NCBI GenBank assembly: GCA_002633005.1
Contig: NMRA01000375.1
Location: forward strand, 39,106-103,105
DNA length: 64,000 nt
Direction: 5' to 3'
Source: Phoronis australis
Taxonomy: Eukaryota; Animalia; Phoronida
Shown here: positions 1-12,478 of the stretch, piece by piece
Numbering within the stretch: the stretch's first letter is position 1
How the letters are laid out: each line of letters begins with the position of its first letter
Made by a program: the position numbers and the translations under genes
The notes under the pieces: generated by a model
Databases searched by the model: none
Told to the model about the DNA's origin: nothing
What the model saw: only the letters and a program-made list of their open reading frames with translations

Positions 1-995
1 ACGCGGGCATTGGACAGATCATTGACTAGCGACCACGTTACTTGGTGTTGGCTTACGTAGTTAATTAATATCTTACAAGGTGTTCTGTCAAGTACGACAT
101 ACAATAATTATACGCAGATGGATGGTGGACAACTGAGCAAGCCTAAAAAGGACATTTCATTGATTTGTTATTCTAAAGGTAGGTTGAACTTTAGAGTCTG
201 AAACGGCACTGACTTAATGTATTGTATAAGCAACTTTTAAATGGTCAAGATTAGAGAAATCTTTTCACCTGCTCATCTACCCATCTATCACTCTGTCTGC
301 TATCTGCCTATCTGACTCTCTGTCTGTCTTACAGCCTAACTATCTACCTGTACAGGTGTGTAATACAACCACTTTAAAGTTGTATTTCGCCCTTGTTTAG
401 CTGTCAATGTTCATTTCACACCTGAAGTGCTTTGGGGGTTAAAACATTACCACGCTCATCCGATCTTGAATTATTCACTAATAGGCCAGCAATTCAAGTA
501 ACAGGCAACGTGTGTCTGTGTCATTTTCGAATACGCAATTATAAGATCGGTCAGCTTCAATAAACTCTGAAGCGTTTTCTCGGGTCGCTGATGGTTTCCA
601 TGTACTCGTTGGTAACGAAAATAGAAACTTGTCGCGGTAAGGACTATTATGAGACAGATTTTACGATAGTAAAAGGGCTTCATTTCTAGTCAGCTAAACA
701 GAGAGAAATGCCGCTTTATCTTTGAACCACTTACCTACTTTCTCGCGTTACCTGCTGAATCCAAGATATGGTTAACAAAAATATCCGGTAACAAGACATC
801 TAACAATAAATGAATATATCTATTTCTCACATGACCTAGAATGTGTTACGACACGACTGGTTAATAACACCGAGTACGTAATTTTTGATATTATATGGGC
901 GAATCACAAAGTAGTGAAAACTGGAAATCCATACGCCTTACATTTTATGGTCTACAAAACATTAATACCAACACCCAAACGCGCGCCAACCAAAC

Positions 996-1254
996 CATGC
1001 GCGTACCCAGGGGGGCTCAGGGGGCTCAAACGAGCCCCTCCCATTTGGCGAAGTGGGTCAGAAGGTCCGCCTCAGAGAAACAAAAAGTCCGAAAAACGAG
1101 ACGAATGTCCACCCAAATTCGGCGCGAATGCACAATTCATAGCTCTGAATGTAGTACCCCGTTTTCTTTTAGTCCCCGTTTTTTTTTCAGTAAAAATTCC
1201 ACATACTGAAAAATTTGAGTACCTCCTATATTTTAGGCTGGGTGCGCGCGCATG
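996..1254. mobile_element. MITE with CATGCGCG..CCCAG TIRs and 5-bp TSD
   Basis: catgcgcgtacccag ... ctgggtgcgcgcgcatg, flanked on both sides by caaac; related inverted copy at ~51757-51957. Confidence 0.75.
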
Positions 1255-1881
1255 CAAACAATGCTGGAATTCCATGAAGGTGGCAAGGTTATGATTGACA
1301 AATCAGGTGTCGCAACTGTACGTACTCCAAATCGGGGGGACATGGAAAAAAACTTCGCAAACGGACCCATCTACGGCGAATTCCATATCATCGTTCATTC
1401 AAAGAGAGACGAACACAAACTCAAGAAACGCGGTGAGACTGTTTAGCTCAGCTGTCTCAAGGCCAATTCAGTGCTCAGGTGCGGGAAGCCCTGCTAACTG
1501 TTAATTATGAACATTTGTTGAGTTTTAATATTACAACTTTAAACACCATTTATTACATTCTAATTTGAACATTTGTTACGAAAGCTGAATGCAGTTTGCA
1601 ACTGTGAAGTTTAAAATAAAACAGACTATTAACAAAAAGTAATTGAGTTACTTTACATTGTACAAGCGTGTTTTCACAAAAATTGCGACATGTGGTTGAA
1701 AGTTTTAGACATATTTCGGGATTTAAACGAAATTTCCAAAAGGTTTTGCCCATGACATAAATCTGAGACTCCTATAGGATTCTCTATTTTCACCTCATAA
1801 GTGCATGCCAGACAACGCCCTTAAAAGTACACGGTCAAGAAGATTCCGTATGCAACGGATAAATTTCCGAAATAACCTCAC

Positions 1882-1947
1882 CTGTGTTCCGTTTTGACCA
1901 GGTGGACCAGCGGGGCACGCGACTTGGCAAACATCGGTGGAGGTTTG
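1882..1947 (-). CDS. Collagen exon with start of triple helix
   Basis: ttgcag|CAA...CAG|gtgagg, 66 nt; QTSTDVCQVACPA-GPP-GQN-GTQ. Confidence 0.88.
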
Positions 1948-4900
1948 CTGCAAGGCACAAAAATATCTAAAGGTCAAGCGTAATCCAAACCGAACTAAAG
2001 GAGTGAGTGTACTATTCTTAGTGTGATGGGTTGTGAAGATACCTTTCGATCAGCAGGTGTGAAGGTCAACCACGCATGCTTGCTAATTGCTATCACCTAG
2101 AAGCCATTCATCAAATTTTGCGTGTAAACCTTGCTTTGCTGACATTGTCAATTTCCTAGGTTTTCTGTAGAATACAAAGACAAACTGTATCAAATGCTTT
2201 CAACAGATCAAGTAAAATGTAATGTGACCGCGGTACATAATACAAAATCGCAGTCATATAAGCGCGTATTTAGGCTCAAGGGCCTATACATGAAGCTACG
2301 CCTGCATTCGGAAGTAGGCATGTGAGCATGTACACGAACATTTGATTGACACAAAGCTTGAAGGTGACGCTACAGACATACAAACCGCGTCCGTTTTTTT
2401 AATATTCTTAGTTAATTGGCTCAAAGAATGTATTGAAAAGTCTTGAGAACGTTACAAGCTCGCATAATTGCCTGCTGCGTGTACATGCTTTTAGTTTGTA
2501 GCCTAATTCTAAACACTTCACCGAGATTCGTAGAAGAAACTAACTTTTGGTTTAGAACACTGTTGCCTCTATAAAATTAATCTTGACTGTTCCATTCTCA
2601 AATGAGAAGTGATTTATGCTCCAGCACAGAACTGAAGAGAATGTGCTAGGCAAATGAAATGGCACGCCGTGACAAGTAAACTTTCAGAGCTTATTATCAA
2701 GCACTAACGAGCTGTCAATTCTTTCTAAATCCAGAAGTCACTCCTATTTTAAAGAGACCAAATTTACTAACTGTAATTGGCTTAAATCAACATTCGTTTT
2801 CACTGTAGACGAAATTATAAACCCTTTAACAGTATATTTGAAATTATGTTGGCATATCCAATGCTTTTAATGAAGGGGTGAATTTAAATCGTTTAACTTT
2901 ATCAGTTTCTTACCAATCATAGTACTCTATTCGGTTCTGGTTCATTTCAACGGGAACGTGTTTTGTCCAACTCTTGCAAATATGAAAACTAATTTTGCAA
3001 CAGTTTGTCACTGAGCTAGACTGTTATACACATGCACCTGTTATTCTAGACTGTTATACACGACATGTACATGTACCTGTTATTCTACACTGTTATACAC
3101 GACATGTACATGTACCTGTTATTCTAGACTGTTAAACACAACATGTACATGTACCTGTTATTCTGGACTGTTATACACGACATGCACATGTACCTGTTGT
3201 TCTAGACTGTTATACACGACATGTACATGTACCTGTTATTCTTCTTCGTTACCTGAACTCGTGTTATGTGTGTCATAATCTAGGAAATGCCTAGTTAAGC
3301 AAGTGGCGTAAACATGTTCCGCAGGTGCGAGCTTTAGTGGAGCACAAAGAGTTTGAAGGTATTTACAGGAAAGCACACACCTGTACAAAGGAAAGGCCAC
3401 CACCTGCGACTATAACAGAAATTTAGGCGCATGCTGCTTGAGAAAACAATTGTATTTGAAAAAGAAAATGCATTACTTCGGATACAGGCGCGTGGGTCTA
3501 AACACGCGCAAATACGGTTTGAACGTTTTTCTTGAAATGTCGAAATTACCATGCATATGCGTGCATATAAACAAACCCAGTTACCTCTTGAAGAGTGGAT
3601 TTGATTGCCTGTCAAAACAAAACAACTGTTACAACTGAAGTACGGCAGATCACGTGGCGGTAGGCACAAGTCGCTTTACAGTAATTTGTGACAGATGGGA
3701 CACTTGCGCTTTGTGGAATAATACCTCAAGCTGTAAATCGAGGCATTTAGAAACTTTATTAAGCACCTAATCACCTTGAAGAATTTTTAAAAACGCAGTA
3801 GTGTGAGCAGGAAACGTGAAATATGCCGTTTTCCTATTTTATTCCGACAAAATCGCCTTGTTCAAGCCTACGAATGAGCCGAATGAGTTGGCACTGCTTT
3901 CTCAGCGAAAAGATTAAGCGGCAATGAACCGGATTGCGTGGAAGAAACTAACTTGACCACTTGCCACTGTAAAATTGGTCTCAACTAGTTCCTTACTCAC
4001 ATGATAAGTGAATTTAGGTGATGCAAAGAACTAACATGAATACACACCGTGACAAGTCAAATTTCAGAGCCTGGTCTTAGGCAACAGCAAACTGTGAGTT
4101 CTCCCAAAGCCCAGAAATCAACTCTGATTTGGCTAGGAGACAACTTGAGACCAATTCCACGACACTATATAATCTAAATCAAAAGCTGTTTTCTGTGATG
4201 GAAGGCGGGTTTAAAGCCACTTTGATCAAATGAACGACGGAAAGACTCCTGACAGGACAATATCGATGCCTAATGAACTTCAAGAGGATCAAGCCAGAAA
4301 ACACTTTGGCAAGTTTCACTTAATCCCGACGCAGGACAATATAGCATGCTAAGCACTGTTTCTGGGCCTTGCTGCAAAAATACTATATGCCGGAAGACAG
4401 TGCCGTCATCCAGCCATTGTTCTACAGACGCCATTCTATAACCAAGGTAATTTAAGTATCAAAGGTGTCATGGACTGTCTTTCTTCCAAAAAAGACAACT
4501 TCAAGTTGTTCCCCAGTGAAGTTAGAAAGTTAAATCTGAAGAGGAAGAACTAGCTGTCCGTTACTGCGCGACGACTAGGATAAACAAGTTATTGGCAGGT
4601 TTGTCATTTTACTACGTACGCCAACACTAGCTTGCATTATCTTACTCATATCGAGCAGTAAAACCGGCGCGTAAAATAATCCCTACAGTAGTTACTCGTC
4701 ACAGTCTTGTCTCATGAAGCCTGCACACGCGTTGCCGCGATGATTTTCTGTTCTAGCCAGACGCCTCTCGCCAGAACAGAGCTGCGTTTCGTAGACCAGA
4801 AAAGCTGGTGTAATCACGTGCTGCACTGTGATGCATGGCAGTATCTCAGAAGATTTGCTGATCTGGCGTTCCTCAGTGGCCAACTTGATTATTGCCCACT

Positions 4901-7900
4901 TGTCTCACAGAGTGAATTTTTCCAATAAATTACTATTTGTTCACAACGTTTCAATATTTAATTGTAGGCCTAAGAATTGTTGGTGAGAGCGTAATTTATC
5001 CCATACGCGTTGAATCAGTCGAATGCAATACGACCATGTGATATGGTTTTCCTTATTCACCTTCTGCACTACTTCAACAATGCCCTCTGACATGGAAAGT
5101 TCAAAAGGTAGGTCAATGTCGACTCGACGTCGTTAGCCGGGTCGATTACCAAACTTTCCGAATATAGTTTAAAGTAATACAATTGCAGCAGTATAAATAA
5201 CACTCCACATATAACTAGGCGTGTCCCAAACGTAACATCTGGTAAAATACCATTAATTATATGGCACTTCTGTCTCAGTTTTCGATTGCTAAATCTTATA
5301 TCGTCTGTAACTCGCCAATTCCTCGGTAACTACAGGATCAAATATTGTTGTAATTTGACTATTTTTAGGAAATGTTGCAAGTTCAATACACAATTACCAT
5401 TTCATCTTTGATATCTCTTTTCAAGTAAGAAATCGTTACATTTAAAACTGTGTCTTTTACTAGAGAAAACTTGTAACCTAACGCGCAAGTATATACATAT
5501 AGGATGTGATACGCCACGTGAACAGTCTGGATGAAGTATTAAAAACATCTGCTGAAAAAGTGAAAGAAACTTAGAAACTCGAAGGGTATGGGATAAATAC
5601 AAAACGTCCATCAATTGGGGTAGATGAAGTAATATCCCACTCGGTCTCGGTCGATAATGTCTTCTGGGATATCACTTCATCTACGCCACTCTTGGTACGT
5701 TTTGTGTATATCTTACTCGTTTGTTACGTATCTAGAGAACACGTGGCATAAATTATGGCCATGGTCTCAAGTAACAGCAGGCAGTGTCCGGTTGCATGAA
5801 GCAGTCCGAAATAGGGACTTAACCAAGTTCTCTAGATTTACTGCGTATTTGCCCTTTCTTATGATGTTTTAGTTACATTACTGAGTCAATTTTTGGTTTT
5901 AATACACATCGAGAGTGAACCTGACGTTGAATTGTCGAAAATAAATAGGGATCTTTTCATGCAAGGCCCCTAACTAAGTATCTATTTATTAAGACAAACC
6001 TTAAGTCAAACTTAAGATTTCTTTCTTGGAACGGACTTTAGACAAATTTAAGTTTTACCTTAAAAATGATTGAAATCTAAGATTTGTCTTAGCTAAGTCA
6101 GTTTACTTGGAACGAGCCCTAGGACTGAGTTCCCTAGACGCAAGAAGCTCACAGAGTACGCTAGTTGGTCACGTGCTTCGCTTGTAATACATGGCGATAT
6201 CTTGCGTCTTTCTTCATATTGAGGTTTCGGGAGATTCTCGCGTCTACGGAATGCACGACTGGGTAGAGTGCCAATAACCGTGCAAATTTCTCAGGAAGAG
6301 AAAAGTGAGAAGACCATGTAAAATCACGAGAGTAAAGGCAACTTCGCACGAGACCGTACTAGGTTAACCTGGCGGCCAATAAAGTGATTGATCAGTGAAG
6401 GTTGGGATAGAATTCATTTTCCTTTCCATAAGCGAAGATATTTCGCCGCAGGAACATAACTCAGTTGTGAAAGGACAAGTAGGATAATTTGTAAGTCTAG
6501 TGTTTTGGAAGATGACAAGTGTAGTGCCTATCATAACCCTTATCCTAACCTTTAATTTAAGCGAATCACTAACACAATGGTGTTCATGTAGGCGATTTGC
6601 AGTCTACGTACCGGAAGTTCTTCGCAGGTTTCCCTTGTTGGTCTCGTCGAGTCACAGTGGATAACCATCCACTGAAGGTCAAACTGTGAACAACCATCAA
6701 CAGAATAAATCAGCAATTTTCATGAACAGTATACATGATGAATATTTAACATTGATCAGTAAGTACTTCACAAACCTCTTTGTATTCTGATATATCGCGC
6801 AAGCTACATCGTGCAGAATACCAAATGGTTTATATGACAACGTTCCACAAACACATAATGTGTGACCATACTGCCAAATTGACCACATCGATGTATCTCG
6901 AGTCCTCTAGTTTCATGAAACGTTGATTCGCGCTCACTTGTATCCAGCTGAACAAGACATCCTAACTTTAACCTAGATTACACAGTGGCTACTGAAAACA
7001 TAAATTCCTGTTCCAGATAAAAGGTTTACATGGACAGGAGGTCAATTATGCTTTGTAGACCCAAAAGCCCTCCTTTATCCTCTAGTACAGCAAAGAGTAC
7101 AAGAACTACGTTACACCAGCCGTTTCGTCCTTGGTTTCCATAGGCCCCATCAGTAGCCTGCCGTTGCTATCTATTTGACCTCTGGGTGAAAGCGGGAGGG
7201 ATGCCACCTTGTTGCAGTCAATAAATAACACCACACTGGCCCGGTTGACACTAAAGTATAGCTTGTGCCATTCTTTATCAAACACCTGCAACCAAACACC
7301 GAACATTAACTACCGTCGCACACGCAGACAAAACGCTGTTCTATGGAGTTTGAGTGGTACGGACATCGTGGAAGCGACTAGTAGCTTAGAGAACCCCGAC
7401 TCGTAAGCCTTCAACTGGCAACCCTGGTTCTCTAACGGAACCATATTGCTTTCGGCACATAACATGGCGTTGCAACAGTTCGTCACTGGTTCTTCAAGCT
7501 GAGGAATTTTTTAATCTGAATACGACAGCTGCGACCAAAAGGGCAGCAAATCGTTGACTATTGTAAAGTCATATCTAGGGTTTCCGAGCAAGGTGGTCCT
7601 CTATTTGCTATAGTTATAACTACACAAATGTGGACAGATCCCAAGGGTAATACTGTAGCATGTCATATGGGCCAAGGGAGGGCAACTTTGCTCTGCCCCA
7701 AGGATTGCTCTTTATTTTATCATACCACAACTGATTCTACTTTCATCAGATGTCTTCGTGTGTGGTTAGAATAGGAAAGTTTTGTCTGGGTGTTTTTATG
7801 TACTGTCATCTTCTGCTCGCTTTGTTTACAGGGTCAGGTGTTTATGGTTTCTGCAACCTGTAAGTGATCACGGATAGTGACACCAGACGTCGGGCGTCTA

Positions 7901-10900
7901 GCCGGTCAACATCGCTTTATAATGGAAGCTATAGTTTGCACTGCCTTTTACCCAATCAGAAGACAGGGGCATCAGTGATTGTATAATAAAACAAAGTGCA
8001 GTTGAGTGCAACATTGCTCTCCCGGGGTCCGTGTGATCAGATATACCTGAGTGATTGGTCCATATTTGTATAACATGTACCATAAGTTATTGGGCACAGA
8101 ATCAGAAGCAATCTGATTATGAGTGTGGATGAAAAGAAGCGAAACTTTGACTATAAACTTGCATATATCTGCGCTCATAATCGGTTTACTGCTTAAAGTA
8201 TTTATATGGTATTCCTGTGCATGTTGGTTCATCTTCAAATGTTCTCGACATGGGCGGCGGCATGGCAACTTAAAATAGACGGACCTATCAACATCGGTCT
8301 TCAAAGTCTTTGGAAGTAAAAAGGTTAGCTTTAAGGTTGAAGGCCACGTCGACTGAATATTGTTGTTTCCGAAATTCTTCAAAGGCTTTCACTTTGAAGT
8401 CAGTCAGTTTTCTGGCAAACAAGGTGTACGCACGAGCCAAAGTTACAGCATAATGAGAATGTGAACAATATTCTTAATTTTATCCCATACGCATTGAATC
8501 AGTCGAGTGAAATACTGTCAAGTAATAATGTTTTCCGTATTCACCTCCCGCACTACTTCAAGAGTGACCTCTGACATGGAAAGTTCAAAAGGTAGGTCAA
8601 TGTCGAATCGAAGTCTTTAGCCGGTTCGATCATTAAACTTTCCGAAAATAGTGTAAAGTAATAGAATTGCATCACTGTAAATAACAATCAACATGCAATA
8701 AGTTTCCATTCGTAACATCTGGAACAGGACTGTTAATTATATGACAATTCGCAAGTACATACATATAGGATGTGATCCGCCACGTGAGCAATCTGAGTGA
8801 CGCATTTAAAAAATTTGCGGAAAAAATAAAAAATTAGAAATTCTAAGCCTATGGGATAAATACAAAACGTACCTCGATTGTCGTAGACTCGACCTTATTC
8901 CGTGTATCGATAAGCGGAATAATGTCCCGTGGGATATTACTTCATCTACGCCACTCTCCGTACGTTTTGTGTATGTATTCTTATTACTTTATTAATACAT
9001 TAAGCTTTCAAAATATCCCTTTAAAAGCACGTGCTAGTAGCAGTCTTTACCGTACGTTGTGTTAATCTTAACAAAAAAATGATAGTTTGTGTAAAATTTC
9101 ATGCCTACGGTTTAAAGAAGTAACCCAAAGTCTATAAGAACAGATAAAGGGGGGATTGATACCTGATCCCTTACCTTTCTGACGTTGGTGAACTCGAGCG
9201 TCTGCACACGCCCTGTATAATCTAGAATGTAAAACTCCACGCTTTTTTTCAAACCGTTCAATCGAATTCCAAACTGGGGGTTATTGAATGTGTCTACTAC
9301 GCGCACTAGGTTCCATGTCTTCTTCCTGGCCTTGGGGCTCATCCGTAAAGTGCTGCCGAAGGAGAATTCGTTCGGAAGTCCGTGAGGAAATAGTTCTCTA
9401 AATGAATTTTGATCAATACGTTAGCGTCCTTCTTAAAATGATAACAGCCACGGTTACCGAACCATTCAATCTATTTTCAATCAAAAAATCCGCATTCCGA
9501 ACACTGAAACCAGGATTGAGTTCTGCAGACTCAAGAATCTCGCGAAAGAAGCTAGCGTGATCACGTGCTTCTCTTGCAATACATGGAGATATCTCGCCAG
9601 TGCATGATGGTATCTCGTCATGTTTTCGACATCTTGCGAAGTCTTGCGTGACTTTGCGTCTACGCAACGCACTGATCAAGTACTAAACAATGATAACAGA
9701 CTACGACCGAAAAATCGGATCACCGAGTTGTAAGATGTGAAAATTGGATTTCCGTGTTCGGAAAGTAGATTTCTCATTAACGAAAGTAGATTCGATGTTT
9801 CGCAATTTCCGAGCTCATTGTATGATATCTGGAAGCAAAACAAATAAAAAATCCTGGAAGCAAAAGAAACAGAATTCTGATGAAAATAACAGAAGTGCTA
9901 ATGAACAAAAAAATACTAAAATATCATCAATACAAGAACGTCACAGTAGTACTAAAATGTACTACTACCGTAAACTGAAAATTGTCTTCTGTTAGCTTTC
10001 GTGAAAGTGCAGTACATAAAAATTCAATAAACTGAACAAGGCAGTCATGTGAATGTCCGTTTTTACAAGATCCAAACTAAAATGAATTGTCAACGGTTAA
10101 CTTACTTTGTAGCCACGTTGAAGTGAGATCGTTTGGAAACTTTATAAGCAACTTGAAATTTATTGGAGCCCTGTATCAGCGCAACGCCTTTCATTTGTTT
10201 TCCGCTGTCTAAGCCATACGTCGAAATAAAGTCGAACGCTGCAATTGTGTTGACAAGATAAACAGACGAGAGTGAGAGAGCGATTAATGGATGCTTACAA
10301 CTAACAAGACTGTTGAGGAATTGAATTAATACCGGAAACACTTCCACGAAGAAAAGTGGTAAACGTAGGCTTACATTAGTGTTATCAGGGGCAAATATAT
10401 CCAAAACGAACAAATGTTAGGTTTCAATTTCACTATACCCGCTAACACAGCCCCCATCAGTCATAATTTTTTGACCTGTGACGTTTGTCGAAAATACAAA
10501 ATGTTTTCCGGCGTCGAAACCAGTAACCCAAGAGACTCGCCAGCGTGAAATGCATGGCGATATCTCGTGAATATTTGCATGATACTGCTAAATTCAAAAT
10601 ACACTCGCATTATAGGAACTCAGCCCAGAGGTGCGCTCCGTGAAAGCTATACACTCGCGAGACACTTCCGGCGAAGAGTATTCGCGCATGATCGAGCGAA
10701 AACTGGTGAATCGTTTTCTCAAAATTCAGCATTCTAGCTTCTCCGACCAACATTGGAGGTAATTTGCAAGATCATGATCGTCAGGTCTCGAGCTTACTCG
10801 CGAAACACTAGCTTTTTACTTTCGAGATTTTGCGTGGGCTTGCGTGATCTCGCCAACCAAGCAAGTCCTCGCGAGATATCAACATGCACAACAAGCGAAA

Positions 10901-12226
10901 CACGTGATCACACTAGCGTTATTCGCATTACTCTACGAAACGCGCCTCAGTTGTTGTTATGTTGCCGTCATTTCGTGGTATCATTGTAGGGACGACTGCC
11001 GCGATATGGAAAAATGGCTTCGAAAAACTGCTACATTAAATCTTTGTAGATTTCTGAAAATGTTATGATAATTCCTAAATATTATTTTTAAGAAAGGTAA
11101 AACGTTTCATGCATTTACCAACATAGTTGGACATTGATTTGACATAGTTATACTTCTTTGTTGTTCAGAAGTAGCCTATACGGTTGTGCACTCACCTGGC
11201 AGATCGTCTTCTCCTGGTTTCATTTCCGGACATACTGATTGGCTTGCCCCTGAAATGACCAGTGACTTAATTACGCGTTCACATCTTTCATAAAATCCTG
11301 TAAGTGGATCATTAAACTACCACTAACCACAACCAAATAAAACCCCACACCACCAAGCTTCGCCACACAAAACCAGACGTATTATTGCCCTCTAACCCCA
11401 TATCACCACACAGTTTATCACAACACATCACCATACACCATATCACCACACTATGTAACCACACAGAACTTGTGACACCATATATCACTCCACATCACAT
11501 CATCACACCATATAACATCATATATTGCCACACGCCATAATATCACTACGCACAATATAAAACCATATATCACCACACACTACATCATCAAACATAATAT
11601 AACACCATATCACAACAAGCCATATCACCATGACATGAAATAAACGCACCACCACCACGTATCATATTACCTCCCGTCATATCACTACCATACATGTATA
11701 CACAACATATCACCAAACACCACAATACATCACCAAGCACCACAACACCAAACAACATATCAACAAACACCATATCATCATACAACATAACTGAAAAACT
11801 TTAGAACTAGAACAGCTCAAAGTCGTGTACAAAGTCGCACACGAAGTCTCTTGCGAAGTCGCGTACCAAGTCGCGTACAAAGTCGTATACGGAGTGTGTA
11901 GAGAGGGCTTTGTCCACCATCTCACCGTGATCACACATCACCTCGTGATATACAATGCAAGCTGCTATCTTCTTTCAGGACAGCACGTACATGTAGTACA
12001 AAGCCACACCATTTACTACCAACACATGTACAGTTGCATTCGAAAAGTATTTCAAACCGTTTCCAGAGATATCGCCGGTTAGAGTATCATATCGAAGCAC
12101 TTATTAACATAAGGACTCCACTTTTGCTGCAGCAATAAACAGTCGTGGAAAGGAGCTATACTTACGGCAGTAGACTTGTGTCAGATAGACGATGCCGGTA
12201 AGAAGTTTGAGGACCAAGCTGTTCAT
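1882..12226 (-). CDS. COL9A1-like: Collagen alpha-1(IX)-like (TSPN/NC4-domain collagen), 5' part; join(12226-12166,11249-11196,10238-10106,9397-9175,7285-7115,6683-6612,3608-3585,1947-1882), continues past left edge
   Basis: Eight GT-AG-bounded exons splice in frame into 268 aa: MNSLVLKLLTGIVYLTQVYCR-ASQSVCPEMKPGEDDLPAFDFISTYGLD...VAYKV...LFPHGLPNEFSFGSTLRM...WNLVRV...FGIRLNG...FDKEWHKLYFSVNRASVVLFIDCNKV..LPLSPRGQID...FDLQWMVIHCD..RP.RETCEELP-AIKSTLQE-QTSTDVCQVACPAGPPGQNGTQ. Motifs match the collagen IX alpha-1 NC4 domain as I recall it (C..GQDDLPGFD, FDSQWHK, LFVDC, FELQWMLIHCD..RP.RETC.ELP). Orthology is not established. Confidence 0.9.
3016..3241. repeat. 39-bp minisatellite, ~5.5 copies
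   Basis: Unit ctagactgttatacacgacatgtacatgtacctgttatt starting at 3046, 3085, 3124, 3163, 3202, plus a shortened copy at 3016. Confidence 0.95.
3585..3608 (-). CDS. Collagen 24-nt micro-exon (linker)
   Basis: gttttgttttgacag|GCAATCAAATCCACTCTTCAAGAG|gtaact; phase 0-0; AIKSTLQE. Supported by splice signals and frame only. Confidence 0.6.
3914..4225. mobile_element. TTAA-flanked MITE family (Kolobok-like termini)
   Basis: ttaa(a)gcggc ... gcc(g/a)cttt(a/g)a ends; shared internal sequence with copies at ~2555-2829, 13843-14300, 22980-23244 and an end at ~31780-31841. Confidence 0.6.
4990..5712. repeat. Dispersed repeat, copy 1 (copy 2 at ~8475-8975)
   Basis: Collinear similarity (atcccatacgc.ttgaatcagtcga ... 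ctctgacatggaaagttcaaaaggtaggtcaatgtcga ... tacgttttgtgtat), with an imperfect terminal palindrome. Confidence 0.8.
6612..6683 (-). CDS. Collagen coding exon 6 (end of TSPN domain)
   Basis: tcacag|TTT...CCG|gtacgt, 72 nt; FDLQWMVIHCDSTRPTRETCEELP. Confidence 0.9.
7115..7285 (-). CDS. Collagen coding exon 5 (TSPN/LamG core)
   Basis: ttgcag|GTG...GGT|gtaacg, 171 nt, phase 0-0; FDKEWHKL and LFIDC LamG motifs. Confidence 0.9.
8475..8975. repeat. Dispersed repeat, copy 2 of 4990-5712
   Basis: Direct-orientation similarity with an internal deletion relative to copy 1. Confidence 0.8.
9175..9397 (-). CDS. Collagen coding exon 4 (TSPN domain)
   Basis: atttag|A...AAG|gtaagg, 223 nt, phase 2-0; ELFPHGLPNEFSFGSTLRMSPKARKKTWNL...TLEFTNVRK. 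Confidence 0.9.
10106..10238 (-). CDS. Collagen coding exon 3 (TSPN domain)
   Basis: ttgcag|CG...AA|gtaagt, 133 nt, phase 1-2; FDFISTYGLD...FQVAYKVSKRSHFNVAT. Confidence 0.9.
11196..11249 (-). CDS. Collagen coding exon 2
   Basis: tttcag|GG...CCAG|gtgagt, 54 nt, phase 1-1; ASQSVCPEMKPGEDDLP. Confidence 0.9.
11320..11790. repeat. Degenerate (CACCA/CATCA)n pentamer low-complexity tract
   Basis: C/A-rich 5-mer periodicity in a collagen intron. Confidence 0.85.
12166..12226 (-). CDS. Collagen coding exon 1 (signal peptide)
   Basis: Acceptor ttccag 10 nt before the ATG; MNSLVLKLLTGIVYLTQVYC is a hydrophobic leader; donor C|gtaagt, phase 1. Implies a further upstream non-coding exon. Confidence 0.85.
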
Positions 12227-12324
12227 CTCTGAACTCCTGGAATAGTACACAGAGGGTGACTACTGTTGACGACAGTGAATCAAATGAAGCGCGAGGCAAT
12301 CACTAAGAAAAGTCTTGTGTTTTA

Positions 12325-12478
12325 CAGGGGCGGATCCAGGATTTTGAGTTAGAAGGGACAGGGCAGAGTATTAGCCAGGATTTTGCCTGTCAGACATTTG
12401 CACCTCCATACTGCCAAATGGAATCTGGGAGAATTTTAGTGGGGCATGGCCACCTTGCCCCCCCTTAAATCCACCACA
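12325..12478. mobile_element. MITE (CAGGGGCGGATC TIR family); inverted copy at 33848-34010
   Basis: Shared internal sequence (agagtattagccagg...ctgccaaatggaatctgggagaattttag) in opposite orientation. Confidence 0.75.

Noticed and set aside
895-1294. ORFs containing RGAQGAQ as a possible collagen exon
   Set aside because: Wrong strand for the collagen gene, and lies within a MITE.
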